This document shows positions 10,901-22,900 of a stretch of 64,000 nt of DNA, one piece after another. Every line of letters begins with the position of its first letter. Position 1 is the first letter of the stretch. A program made the translations under genes and the position numbers. Source of the stretch: Camelus ferus (lineage: Eukaryota); contig NC_045711.1 in assembly GCF_009834535.1 (NCBI RefSeq), positions 18,600,001-18,664,000 on the forward strand, given 5' to 3'. The notes below the pieces were generated by a model that ran no database searches, was not told the DNA's origin, and saw only the letters and a program-made list of their open reading frames with translations.

Positions 10901-13900
10901 CCTTGTAGGAGGCTCCACCCTCACCAGCTAATCCCCTCCCACAGGCCCTGCCTCCAGCACCATCACACTGGTGTTAAGATTCCAGCGTGTGAATTTGGGG
11001 GCACACAAGTCATAGAGACCATAGCAGTGACCTAGATTTGACTGATACATTGTGCATTTTTACCATGTGTTTATAATAAACAGCCACTTTTTTCAGGTGT
11101 GTTCCCCAAAATAGGCAGGCCTTTCTCATACTGCCATCAGACTGTTTGCCCCGCTGCAGATGTGCGGGAAGAGTCCCAGGATTTCCAGTTCGCAGCCCCT
11201 GTCGGTCATCCTGGGAAGCGCATTGTGCCAGGGTCCCCGCCTTGTCTGTAATCCTCTGCGTTTTCACGGGGGTGGGGGCTTTCTGTTCGGGACGTAACCA
11301 TGAGGGCAGTTTCTTTCCCTTAAAACAGGACTTTCTGTCACGTGCTTAGGTAGGAGATTTTGCGTTTTTGTTTCTTTTCCAGGCAGAGCTGCAATCCTCT
11401 TGTCCTCTTTGAAGCAGGAATTGAGAAGTACTGCCCGGAGAACTTTGTAGACATCAAGGTAGGATGGTTTGGAAGACGTAGGCACTGGAGTTAAACCACC
11501 ACCGAATAATTAAACCAAGTGATTTCTGTATTTTGAATGCATGAGAATTTAGAGATAAGGGTTTCCACCAGACTAAGTACTATGGTTTAAAACATTAGTC
11601 CCACCCGTGTTGTAAATGAAGCCATTTAAGCTTAGTGGCTGAGAGACTTCTCAGGGCGGGTGGCTGTTTGAACCCTTGGCGTGAGTGTGTTAGCTCCCTG
11701 GTTCCGGCTCCCCCAGCCCCGGTGGGAGGGAAGAGTGCGGGTGGGCGTCCGACAGGGGATTGTGAACCCTGCAGCTCTCTGGGCACCAACCCTTACTTCA
11801 CGGCTAATTAGGAGCCCTTGGGATGAAATGCAGTTAGGGTTTTTTTGTTTTCTTTTAAGCCAGGACTTGATGAGAACCCCCAGAGCTATAAGTGTGTGTT
11901 AGAGCTGTGTTTCAGGTCCATCAGGCTGGGCTAGTTGTGTTAAACCCCCAGGCTTCCGGAAGCTAATTGGTGGGGCTGTGGTTCCAGGCTAGGGGCGGGA
12001 CTAGTGACTTCGCACCCTTACCATGGTGGGGACAGTTTTCTTGGCCTCTTCTTCACCGAGTTGGCTTCCTCCAAGAGCCTCGAGTGCTGGGTCAGAACCC
12101 GCGCAGGGCTGTCCCGGGACCACGCTCACTGCTCTTTCCCCACCGGCTACTGCAGAAAACTCTGGAGCGGGAGACCCGGCAGTGCCAGGCCCTGGTGATC
12201 TGGACTGACTGTGACCGAGAAGGAGAAAACATCGGCTTTGAGATTATCCACGTGTGCAGGGCCGGTGAGTATCTGTGCCAGATTACCCACGTGTGCGGGG
12301 CCGGTGAGTGGCGGCTCCTGAGTGTCTGTGCCAGATTATCCATGTGTGTGGGGCCGATGAGTGATGGCCCCTGAGTGTCTGTGCCCTGGACACGGGATGG
12401 GAGGGGCTCTCCCATCTTCTCTGTGCGTGGCTGTGCCTGAGCCCCTCCCCATGTCCCCTCCGCACCAGGTCCCTCTGCCAGGCCTACCAGTTGCGTGGCA
12501 GTGGCTGGACCCTGTGCCCAGGGCTGGTCCAAGTAGATTGCCAGCTCCCTGAGAGCAAAGACTTCATGTTCTGTTTTTTAAAGTGATATGTTGAATATTA
12601 ACAAAGAGTGTACCCACCACATGTAAAGTGTGAAGAATAGTTTTAAGACATTCTGTTTGGTTTTTTTCTTTTTCTCCTGTATGCTTTGTACAGTGCCTGA
12701 ACAGTAATGAACGATTGTTGCAGTGAGTGTGATGATGCTGGGTAACTTAGAGGAAGCTGTGCAGGCCACTCTTGGGCTGCAGCAGGGGGTTCCCTCCTCA
12801 CTAAGCACTTTTGTCTGAAGCTAGAACAACTCCGGGGCTAGATACGCTAACTTTCAGGGACAGTGCGTATATCCCATATTTCCGCAACAGGACATGAAAT
12901 TTCTCCCCCAGGACTTCTCTTTTCTTTTCTTTTCTTTCTTCCTTCCTCCCTTCCTCCCTTCTTGTTAAATTGATGTATAGTTGATGTACAGGGTTGTGTT
13001 AGTCTCTGGCGTACAGCATGGGGATTCAGTCACACACACACACATTCTTGCTCATCGTGGGTTATTACAGGATACTGACTATAGCTCCCTGTGCTGCACA
13101 GTGGGACCTTGTTGTTACCCATTTTGTATGTAGTAGTGAGTGTCTGCAAGTCTCAAACTCCTAACGTACCCCTTCCCCCTCTCCCTTAGAGCCTGTAAGT
13201 TAACGACACTGCCCTTCTGGGCATTGTAAGGGAAGCGAGGTTGGTGTCTCGAAAGCTCACCAGGAGAGCTGAGCTTTCTGCTCAGCCCCTCTGCTGCTCC
13301 CAACAACACTCAGCCGGTCACAGTGAGGTTTCCCTCTCACAGTGTGTCGCTACCTTGACAGAAGCAGGAAAACAGGACTCCTCGCGGCTTCTTGACCTGG
13401 TTCGCTCTCTGTTCAAGGTGCTTCAAGACGGGCCCCTGTGTGAGGAGAGGGCGGTGAGCCTCGTGCCTTGACTCGGCCCCGCTGCCTCTTTCTGTCCCAC
13501 AGTGAAGCCCGGCCTGCCGGTGCTGCGAGCACGTTTCTCCGAGATCACCACCCGCGCCGTCCAGGTGGCCTGTGAGAACCTGACGGAGCCTGACCAGAAA
13601 GTCAGCGACGCCGTGGACGTGAGGCAGGAGCTGGACCTGCGGATCGGTGAGGGGCAGCAGGCCGGGTGGGCGTGGGCTTGGCGGAGCAGCTGACTTTGAC
13701 CTTGCCATTTGTCCTCTCTTCCCTCCCTCCCTCCCTTCCTTCTTCCCAGGGGCCGCCTTCACCAGGTTCCAGACCTTGCGGCTGCAGAAGATTTTCCCCG
13801 CGGTGTTGGCGGAACAACTGGTCAGTTATGGCAGCTGCCAGTTCCCCACCCTGGGCTTCGTGGTGGAGAGGTTCAAAGCCATCCAGGCGTTCGTGCCGGA

Positions 13901-16900
13901 AACCTTCCACAAGATTAGAGGTAAGGCCGGTCGTGGTGCAGAACCCGAGGACCTGGGGTGACGGGGCTCAAGGGGTGTCCTGGGCACTCGTTCGAAGTGC
14001 GGTCTGAGCCTCACTGCCCTCCCCCCATCACCGTTTTCAGAATCCCCTTCAGGTGTCCACAGTGGCCTCCCCAGTTTCACGGTTCTTGGCTCTGACCGTG
14101 ACAGACCTTTTCCTCTGAGCCATGGCCTTCCTGTGTGTCCCATACAGTGACTCACGACCATGAGGACGGGACGGTGGAGTTCAGCTGGAAGAGGCACCGT
14201 CTCTTTAACCACACGGCGTGTCTTGTCCTCTATCAGCTGTGCATGGAGGTGAGGCCTCCCGTGGCTCCCCGGCCACACCTGCCCTCTGTTGGCAGCTGTG
14301 GTCCTGTCCCCTCTCCCGCTGAACGGTAGCCTTCAGTGTGCGTCTCAGGACATCACTTTGGGGCGCCAGTGAGTCTAGAACTGCACAAAAACAGCACTGA
14401 AGACAGGCCAGGGAAGACCTGCAGAGCTTGCAGGTAGTGCCAGAAATGCCGAGAAGCCCCTCCCCGAGGCAGTACACTCTTAGCAGTGGGGAGTACGGAC
14501 CAGCCTGGACCGTGGACTCCCAGAGCTGGAGGGAGCGCGGACGGCCTCTGGCCCAGTCCCTCCCCCGGGTCAGACGACGAAACCCAGACACGGGAAGGGT
14601 GCAGCCGAGGGACCGGGTTCACGCGGTGATAACCACTGAAAGGGGAGTGGGGGAAGGGCCAGGGAACGGCTGGGGGCAGGGAGCTGCTCTCGGGGTGACC
14701 TCTGAGCGAAGGCCGGAGGGGACCAAGACCCACTCAGGCTGCAGGCTGGTGTCTGAGTCACCCTCGGACTGTCCGCTTTGTGAAGTGGCCACCACTGCAC
14801 CTAGTGACCTGCTATAACCCCAGGGCTGCACACGGTGGGACCGGGACTAAACTCGGAGACCTCTAGGTGTGCTGAGTCGGCTGTAGCCCCCGCAATTCAC
14901 GATGGGTTTGGCAGCAGGGAGTAACCACCACGGACACTGCTACACTCCGGACACGCAGTGTGTTTCGTGTTATTCGTCTGGTGCTGACGGTGCCCCTGGG
15001 GTGGGGCCTCCGCCGTGACCGCGTGGACCCTGCTCCCCGCGCGTCTGCTCCCCCACTCCTGAGGCCACCAGCCTCTCAGGACCACCTGTCTCTGCTCTGC
15101 CCTTTGACCCTGGGGGGTACACATCTGGCATGTCTGGGACTCGGCGTGTTTATCTGTTCAATGAAGAAGATGAGGATGTGGTGCAGGGAAGTGTGGCAGG
15201 TGGGCTCCTTCCCGCTCTTTGCTGGGAACACCCGGCCCCCAGTCTGTCTGCAGAGAAAGTTGGGTTCTGATGTATAAACACCCTCATAAGCAAATCTCTT
15301 CAGCTGAGTCCCTTGTCCGTTTGTGTTCCTTTGAAGTGAGGTTGGTCTCAATATGAGCGGCGTTCTCCAGCCTGTATCGTGTCATTTCTCCTGTTTCTAA
15401 CTCTGTATCATCATGAATTTTAAAAAGAACGGTAATACGCATGCGCGTAGATAGGAAACTGAACGCAGGAGGCGCGTCCTCGGCCTCGGAGAAGGGCCCT
15501 CGGGCCCTCGGGCTTGGGACCACGCCCTCAAAGTCTTGCTTTGAGCGGGAAGCTGGTGCCGGCCGCTGGCGCAGGGCGTGGTGCCCGGGGTCCTGCACTG
15601 GGGGCGGGGAGCTCGTGGGCAGGACCGGGGCAGCCACAAGAAGGCCAGTGAAGGTGCCCCAGCGGGTTAAAGTGACCTCTGCTCTTCTTGGCTTTCTAGG
15701 ATCCCAGGGCGACCGTGGTGGAGGTCAGGTCCAAGGCAAAGAGCAAGTGGAGGCCTCAAGCTCTGGACACTGTGGTATGTCTGGGGGCTGGGGGGGTGCT
15801 GGGCTAGACCCCCAGGAGCTCCACTGCAGACGGTGCCCAGTGGTGGGAGGCCTCGCTCTCACCGGTGCCGCGTGGACGCTCTGAGGGAAAACAAACCCCC
15901 AGAGCGCGGCCGGCTTGGCCCGTTAACAAGGTAGCAAATGCAGCATGACTGTTTTACGTGGGGCTTGGGAAACAGAGGAAGAGGTCATCTGTCACCTGGC
16001 CCTCCCTCCATAACTGCTGAGGTAACTCTGGTGTCTTCCTCCATTTTATTCCGTGCCATTTTTTACGGCATTATAATTGGAATAGCTAGTTTTTTCCACC
16101 TCATTTTTTTTTACTGCTTCTGCATCATCCACATAACCTTCATTTTAAACATCCACTTTATGAGCCTACCCTAGAACAGGGCTTCTCAAATTTTTGGCCC
16201 CAGGAAGAGACACCCATTGGGACTCAGGGTGCCCATTTCCAGTCACCACTGTGCAGGAAAATCTGGGTGCAATTACTGTGGGGTGGCTCTGGAGGATGGA
16301 TGCGCAGAATGTTCAGGGCCATTCTCTCAGGGTATGTGTGGGGGGGGCGTGGTGAGGGGTGATGGGGGACAGTTACAGGTTGGTTGCACACAGTGGGCTG
16401 TTTTATCCCTCACTGGTTAACATGCTTTGACATCTAGCCAGCAGCATTGTCGGGGTGTCACCAAGGGGAAGGGACAGCTGGTTGTCCCCAAGGGTAAGGG
16501 GGTTCGTCACCCAGGGGAACATCCCAGGGTTCGGATGGCGTTCCCAAAGTGCGGCTCTCAGGTTACTGGTATTACAGTCACCATATTAGACACTTGTGGA
16601 AAGTGCGTATTTCTGGCCCGTCTCCCAGCCCTCCTCTGTCAGCATCCCCAGTGCTTGGGGCCCAGGGACCTGCTTGCTTCCTGGTGAATCTTGCTTTTGC
16701 ACGTCACAGTCTGAGGACCCAGGGCCCGGGTCTGGCTCTGCCTAGCAGGCCAGGAACTCTCTCTTAGGCACAGCCTTTGAGACACGTGTGAGGACAGCTG
16801 GGGGACGGGGCCAGACGGCTCTGAGGAGGAGGAATTGGCGTGTCATGCCCTCTGACTCACGCCCTGTGACCTCACACACCTGTCCACACATTTAACAGGA

Positions 16901-19900
16901 GCTTGAGAAGCTGGCTTCTCGGAAGTTGAGGATAAATGCTAAGGAAACCATGAGGATTGCTGAAAGGCTCTACACTCAGGGGTAAGTATTAGTGTATGTT
17001 TGGGCGTGGAGTTCGATGCATCGGTATCTGGGTGAGATATTTTAGAAACAGAGCCCGTGGGAACACAGACTGTCTAGAAATGACTTGAGCCCAGAGTAGG
17101 AGAATTCTGGCACTGGTTTTTCTCTTCTGATGCGGAATCACTTACCTCCTCCCGTGAGAGCCCGCGGGGTACGTTCATGTCCCGCTCTCGACCTCTCAGC
17201 AGATGGGGTGCTGCCAGGGTGGGCCACTCCTTCAGGAGTTGTTTGCCTGCTGTGAACCATCCAGCTAGGGTCAGGAGCACCCAGCGCCGTCCGGGGACAG
17301 CATGGTCCACACTGCCCAGTGTGGCCACTGTTGAGCACATGGTTTGGGTTGTCTGAACCGGGAGGTGCCGCGGGTGTCAACGTGTAGTGGGTTTCGAAGT
17401 CGCAGATGAGAGAGGATGTAAGTGGTCCCAGGAGTGTTTAAGTGGCTAATAGAACGTTGAAAATTACACTCAGGGCCCACGTTGCAGTTCTTGGGCAGTG
17501 TCATGGAGCACACGCTGCTGCGGCGGTCAGGGCCGCAGGCGTGTCCTGGGGTGGTTCTGTCACTGAAGTGGGGAGCCCGGGAGGGCCCCAGGAGCGCCAG
17601 GGCAGCCCCGCACCCACTGGGAGTCACACCTTGGGTCTCTCCCTGGCAAGGTGAAGTCCTTACCTCCAGGCTGGCTCAGACCGGCTGCAGCTGGTGTCAC
17701 CGGTGTTTTCAAGCTAATTCTGACATTTACAGGCAGATTTCGCGATTTCTCGTTCTGTTTGGCTTTGTTTTAGGTACATCAGCTATCCCCGAACTGAAAC
17801 AAACATTTTCCCCAAAGACTTAAACTTGACGGTGCTGGTGGAGCAGCAGACCCCGGATCCGCGCTGGGGGGCCTTTGCCCGGAACATTCTAGAGCAGGGT
17901 GGCCCCACCCCACGCAATGGGAACAAGTCTGACCAAGCTCACCCTCCCATCCACCCCACCAAGTACACCGACGGCTTGCAGGTTGGTTTCCGCAGTGGGC
18001 TCTGTTCCGTGCAGCCCTCACTCCTCCGGCCCTGCCGTGAGCTGCTTCCCTGACCCTCTGCACACAGCAGGCAGCCTGTTCCCTGAGCGCCTACAAAGCC
18101 CCCGCACCTGGCTCGGTTTCAGTTTCTGTCGGCTTCCCGAAACCTCAGGGCCACCTCTGGGCCCGCTCCGGCCCCATGGGCCTCCCCATGGCCTGCTCCC
18201 CAGCCCATCATCCGCGCCCGCCATCTGCTCCTCTGGGCTTCCGCTCTGGGGCCCCGGCTGCAGACTTACCATCTTGTTGCTCCTGATTCCAGAAGTGATA
18301 CATGTTTATTTCAGGCTGTTTACAAAATAAAAAGATCATAGGGAAGAGAAAAGTGGGCTGTAATCTCACTGCCTCCTACCGAGAACCCCATTTTTCTCTG
18401 TGTGTATTTAATTTTCTTACAATTAAATTGTAATCTTAAGCAGCTTTGTAAACTGCTTGTTTCATTTTGTATCACGAGTATAACCGCATATGCTGAAGTG
18501 TTTTAGTGATATTTGATGATCACGTAGATACATTGTAAGTTATCTTGCCGAATCTGTTTTTGAAAGATTAAGTCGTTTCCGACTGTTTGCCATGTGGTAC
18601 ACCATAGTCAGCACCTGACTGGGTAGCTGCGGGGTTCCCTCCCTCCCGGCGCAGATGTGCTCAGGAGGCTGCTGGCCGTGAGAGTACGCTCTGTGGGCCC
18701 TGTAGCTGGAGCCTCACTCAGTCCGCGATCACGGGGTTGGTGGAAAGTCCCTAGGAGCCCTGTGCTCCCGGAGTTGGTCTGAGGCCGCCGCACCTTCACC
18801 CTGTGTGTCTCCAGACAAGGGGTCTGTCAGTAACTCTTACACTTTTGCCTTGCTTTCTGCCTAGACAGGGTTTATACCCTGGGACTCCCTTGCCTGCTTC
18901 TACCCGACGAGGGTGGTGAGGCTCACGGACACAGACCCACAGCTCGCAGGGGATCTGCCCGCCCTGGGCGTTGGCAGGCCGGGAGCCGTGTGCGCGATGG
19001 CGCGGGGCCCCGGGCTTGGGCAAGGCTGTGTGCTGGGGCTCAGCTCCCTCTCCTCGCAGGGCAACGAGTGGCGGCTGTATGAGCTCATCGTCCGCCACTT
19101 CCTGGCCTGCTGCTCCCGGGACGCCCAGGGCCAGGAGACCACCGTGGACATCGACATCGCGCGCGAGCGCTTCGTGGCCCACGGCCTGGTGATTCTGGCC
19201 CGGAACTACCTGGACGTGTACCCCTACGACCACTGGAGTGACAAGGTGGGAAGGCACAGGTCCGGGCAGGAGCCTGGGCCTCGGGGGCGGGGGTGGCGGG
19301 GAGACAGGTGTGTTGCCGGCCCCGGGGGACGGAGCGGAGCTGGGGTCTGGGCCGAGTGCCGAGCGGGGGTCTGACCGATGCGTCTGCTGCCCCGGTAGAC
19401 CCTCCCCGTCTACGAGCAAGGCTCTCGCTTTCAGCCCAGCACCGTGGAGCTGGTGGACGGGGAGACCAGCCCACCGCAGCTGCTCACTGAGGCCGACCTC
19501 ATCGCCCTCATGGAGAAGCACGGCATCGGTCAGTGGCTGCTGGGGGTTGGGGGGCCGCATCTCTCCGTCTTCCCTGCAGCTCTCCTGTGGGGCCGTGCTC
19601 TTCTCCCCGCTGGAATGAAGTGAGGCTTAGGGAAGGGAAGAACTCGTGATTAAGGTCAGAGTGCGTGAGTGAGGAGAACCTGGGCCCAGGTAACTAGCAG
19701 ACGATGCCCTTAACCACGGCTCTGCACCATCCACGCGAGGACATAGCTGTTTCTGTCACTCGGGTCTCAATGGGGGGCCGTCCTGCTCTGGTCCTGTCCA
19801 GAGACTCAGTATTTTTGGTCTACACAAGAGTTTGTTGTTTTTATTTTATTTTTAACAAGGTACTAACGTTTAAAGTATCAGGAGGTCTGGCAGTCCTCGC

Positions 19901-22900
19901 CCTCACCCGGGGGACGGTGGGTGGGCTTGGAGTGGTGGCTATTCTCTGTCCCTCATACTTGGCTTCGCTCACTGGCCCGACACACGCCAGGCCCCATGGA
20001 GTCTGAGTCTGCCACCCTTCCAGGGCCGAGGGTGGTCATGTGCTCAGTTTTTGTTAAAGCATCTCCCATAATTGTTCAAGAGTCAGAAAAAAAAAATTTT
20101 TTAAAGGGTGGGTAGGTGCAGAATTATTTTTCCCAGTAAGTCCCATGGCCCAGGCTTTACAGATGGGCCCCCTATGGCTGATCTGCTGTCCCCTCAGTTT
20201 TCACCAGAGCTCTTGGGACTGTCTCTGGCAGCGAGTCCAGGGGGTCTGGCCCGGGGGGCAGGGCGGGTCAGGAGGCACCCCGTTCCCTCCGCGCACAGCA
20301 CTGCGCTGCACAGTGAGTTCTGTGTCCTGTGACCCAGGAGGACGTGCCCCCCCCCCCCGGGGCCCGCCACCATCAGTGTGCCTTCCAGACAGCCTGTGGA
20401 TTTAGGCAGAATTACAGGTAGTTCACTCAGCGTCACTTGTTTATAAAAAATAACAAATTGTGTTCTGGGGACACAAGAGTAATGGGGCCTAGTCGTCCCT
20501 TCAAGGGCTCCTCAAGTGGTAGAAGCAAGTCAAACCCTGTGTTAGATGCGGCTGGTGGGGGCGGTTCACTCCTGGTGAACGAAGGCAGAGCCAGTGGAGG
20601 CGGGGCCGGGGAATGGCGTGGGGATGGGGCGCACGTGCTGCTGGCAGGGAGCAGGGTCTGGAAGGCGATACCAGGAACAGGATTTGAGCCCAGCTCGGCG
20701 GGGCCTGGTGCATTTGGCTGAGGGCCTTGGGTGTGGTCCCGCGGTCAGCAGAAAGTAGGCTGAGATTTCCAAGAAAGCAGCACAGAGCCGCGTTTTAAGA
20801 GAATGGTAACAGCTTCGCTGAGACTGAATTTGCATGCCGTGCGGTTCACTGAGGCTCCATGCACAGTTCAGTGTTCAGTAGACTCTCCTCGGTCAACACT
20901 GGGACACTTTCACACCCATTAGCGGTCATGGCCCTCGCCCACGCCCCTCCTCTGCAGCCCCCAGCCCTGGGCTCATCTTTTTGGCTCAGTAGATGGCCTG
21001 TCTTGGACATTCCTTACAAACAGACGGTTCATGGCCTTCGTGCCTGGACATGCTGCACGTCCCCAGGCGCGTCAAGGCTGTAGCGTCTCAGTGCTTCCTT
21101 CCTGTTCCTTCCCAAATCCTCTTCCATCATGTGGGGACCTCGTTTCCTTTACCTGTTCATCCTCTCGTGGGCGTCTGGGTCGTTTCCACCTGTTGGCTGT
21201 TGTGAACACATCCGGACAGGTTTTTGGTGGATGGGCCTCAGTTCTGTTGGGCCCATGCGTAGGAGCAGGCTCGCTGGGTCCTTTGGTGACTGACGTTTTG
21301 AGGCACCGCAGACTGTCTTCCACGGCAGCCATACCATCTTGGAATCTGCCAGCGCTGTGTGCGGGTTGAGGTTTCTCCACGCCCTCCCCAGGGTTTGTCG
21401 TCGTCTTCTGTTTGGTTACACTCATCCACATGGGCGTGAACGGCTGTTTCTCTGTAGTTGTGATTTGCATTTCCTTGACAGCAGAGCTGCATCTTAGACG
21501 CTCCCCTTGGTCAGAGCATAAAAAAAGGGGTGGGTAGGGGAGGAAACGGGCACTGTAATGAAGCGGATGAGAGGTGCGGAGCTCTGACCCGTGGGTGGGG
21601 CTGGGGTAGGGCGGTTACACAGGGAATTTCAGAGCCGGAATTGGCAGCTTGAGGGAGTAAGCGGGCGCTGAGGAGAGGCAAGGTGGCCCTTGTGGTTTTG
21701 TCATGGGCCAGATGTGAGTGGAGGTGCCACCTGGAATGGGGATCCAGGTGGAGACGGGGCCCTGGGGAGCGCGGATCAGCTGAGTAACCCGGAGGGGCCC
21801 GCAGGCACGGACGCCACGCACGCGGAGCACATCGAGACCATCAAGGCCCGGATGTACGTCGGGCTCACGGCGGACAAGCGCTTCCTCCCCGGGCACCTGG
21901 GCATGGGGCTCGTGGAAGGTGAGAAGGCGGGGGCCTGTGGGGGTGGGGGGTCGCTGAGGCCCCCGGGCGTGTCCGGGCCACACTGGATGCTGCGCTCTGC
22001 CCGCAGGTTATGACTCCATGGGCTACGAGATGTCCAAGCCTGACCTGCGGGCCGAGCTGGAGGCTGACCTGAAGCTCATCTGTGAGGGGAAGAAGGACAA
22101 GTGTGCCGTCCTGCAGCAGCAGGTCCAGAAGTACAAGCAGGTGTTCATCGAAGCGGTGGCCAAAGCCGAGAAGTGAGTGCCGGGCCTGCTCTCCCGCGAG
22201 CCCGTCTGGTCCCCGCACCCCCTCCAGGCCTCCCTTCCCCAGAGCCTGGCAGCGCAGGAGCAGGAACCAGGAAGGCCCGGTCCACTCCTCTGGGGCTGCC
22301 GGCCCTAGGGCTGCCGACCTCTCGATTTCAGTTCTGCCTTCCGTTAGGAGGCTGCACAGTCTCGTGCGTCAGTAACCGTGCTGGCGTGCGACCACTGCCC
22401 TATGCAATGTTTAGAGATGGCTGGGACAGACAGTGTGTGTTTTCCGTTAGAGAAAACGCATTTCCCAGCTGGTGCCAATTTTGAAAAGAAATGTGTAAGC
22501 TGTTGAAACTTGGATCCAGATAGACCAGTGTGTGTGAACCCTGTGCGGTTGTGCATCTGAGGCGGGGTCCCCCCGAGAGCTGCGGGGGCCAATCCAGCTT
22601 CCCGCCTGCCCCGTTCTCCGTGTCAGGCCTGCGGCTGAGCAGCCCGTCGGTGCCTCGGGTCACGGGCGTGTGCTGTGCACGTAAGGATGCCGTCTTGTGG
22701 TGCCATTTCCTCAGGTTGGATGAGGCCTTGTCCCAGTACTTCGGGGAAGCGGCAGCGGCGGCCCAGCAAGAAGCCCTGTACCCGGCTGTGCCAGAGCCTG
22801 TCAGGAAGTGCCCGCAGTGCGGCAAGGACATGGTCCTCAAGACCCGGAGGGGCGGCGGGTCAGTGTCCAGCTGTGCCCCTCTGCCTGCCAGCCTGGCTGG

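Noticed and set aside
20081-21540. Similar AAAGGG(G)TGGGTAGG motifs near 20103 and 21524
   Set aside because: Short and low complexity, and not positioned as a target-site duplication of the L1 fragment.
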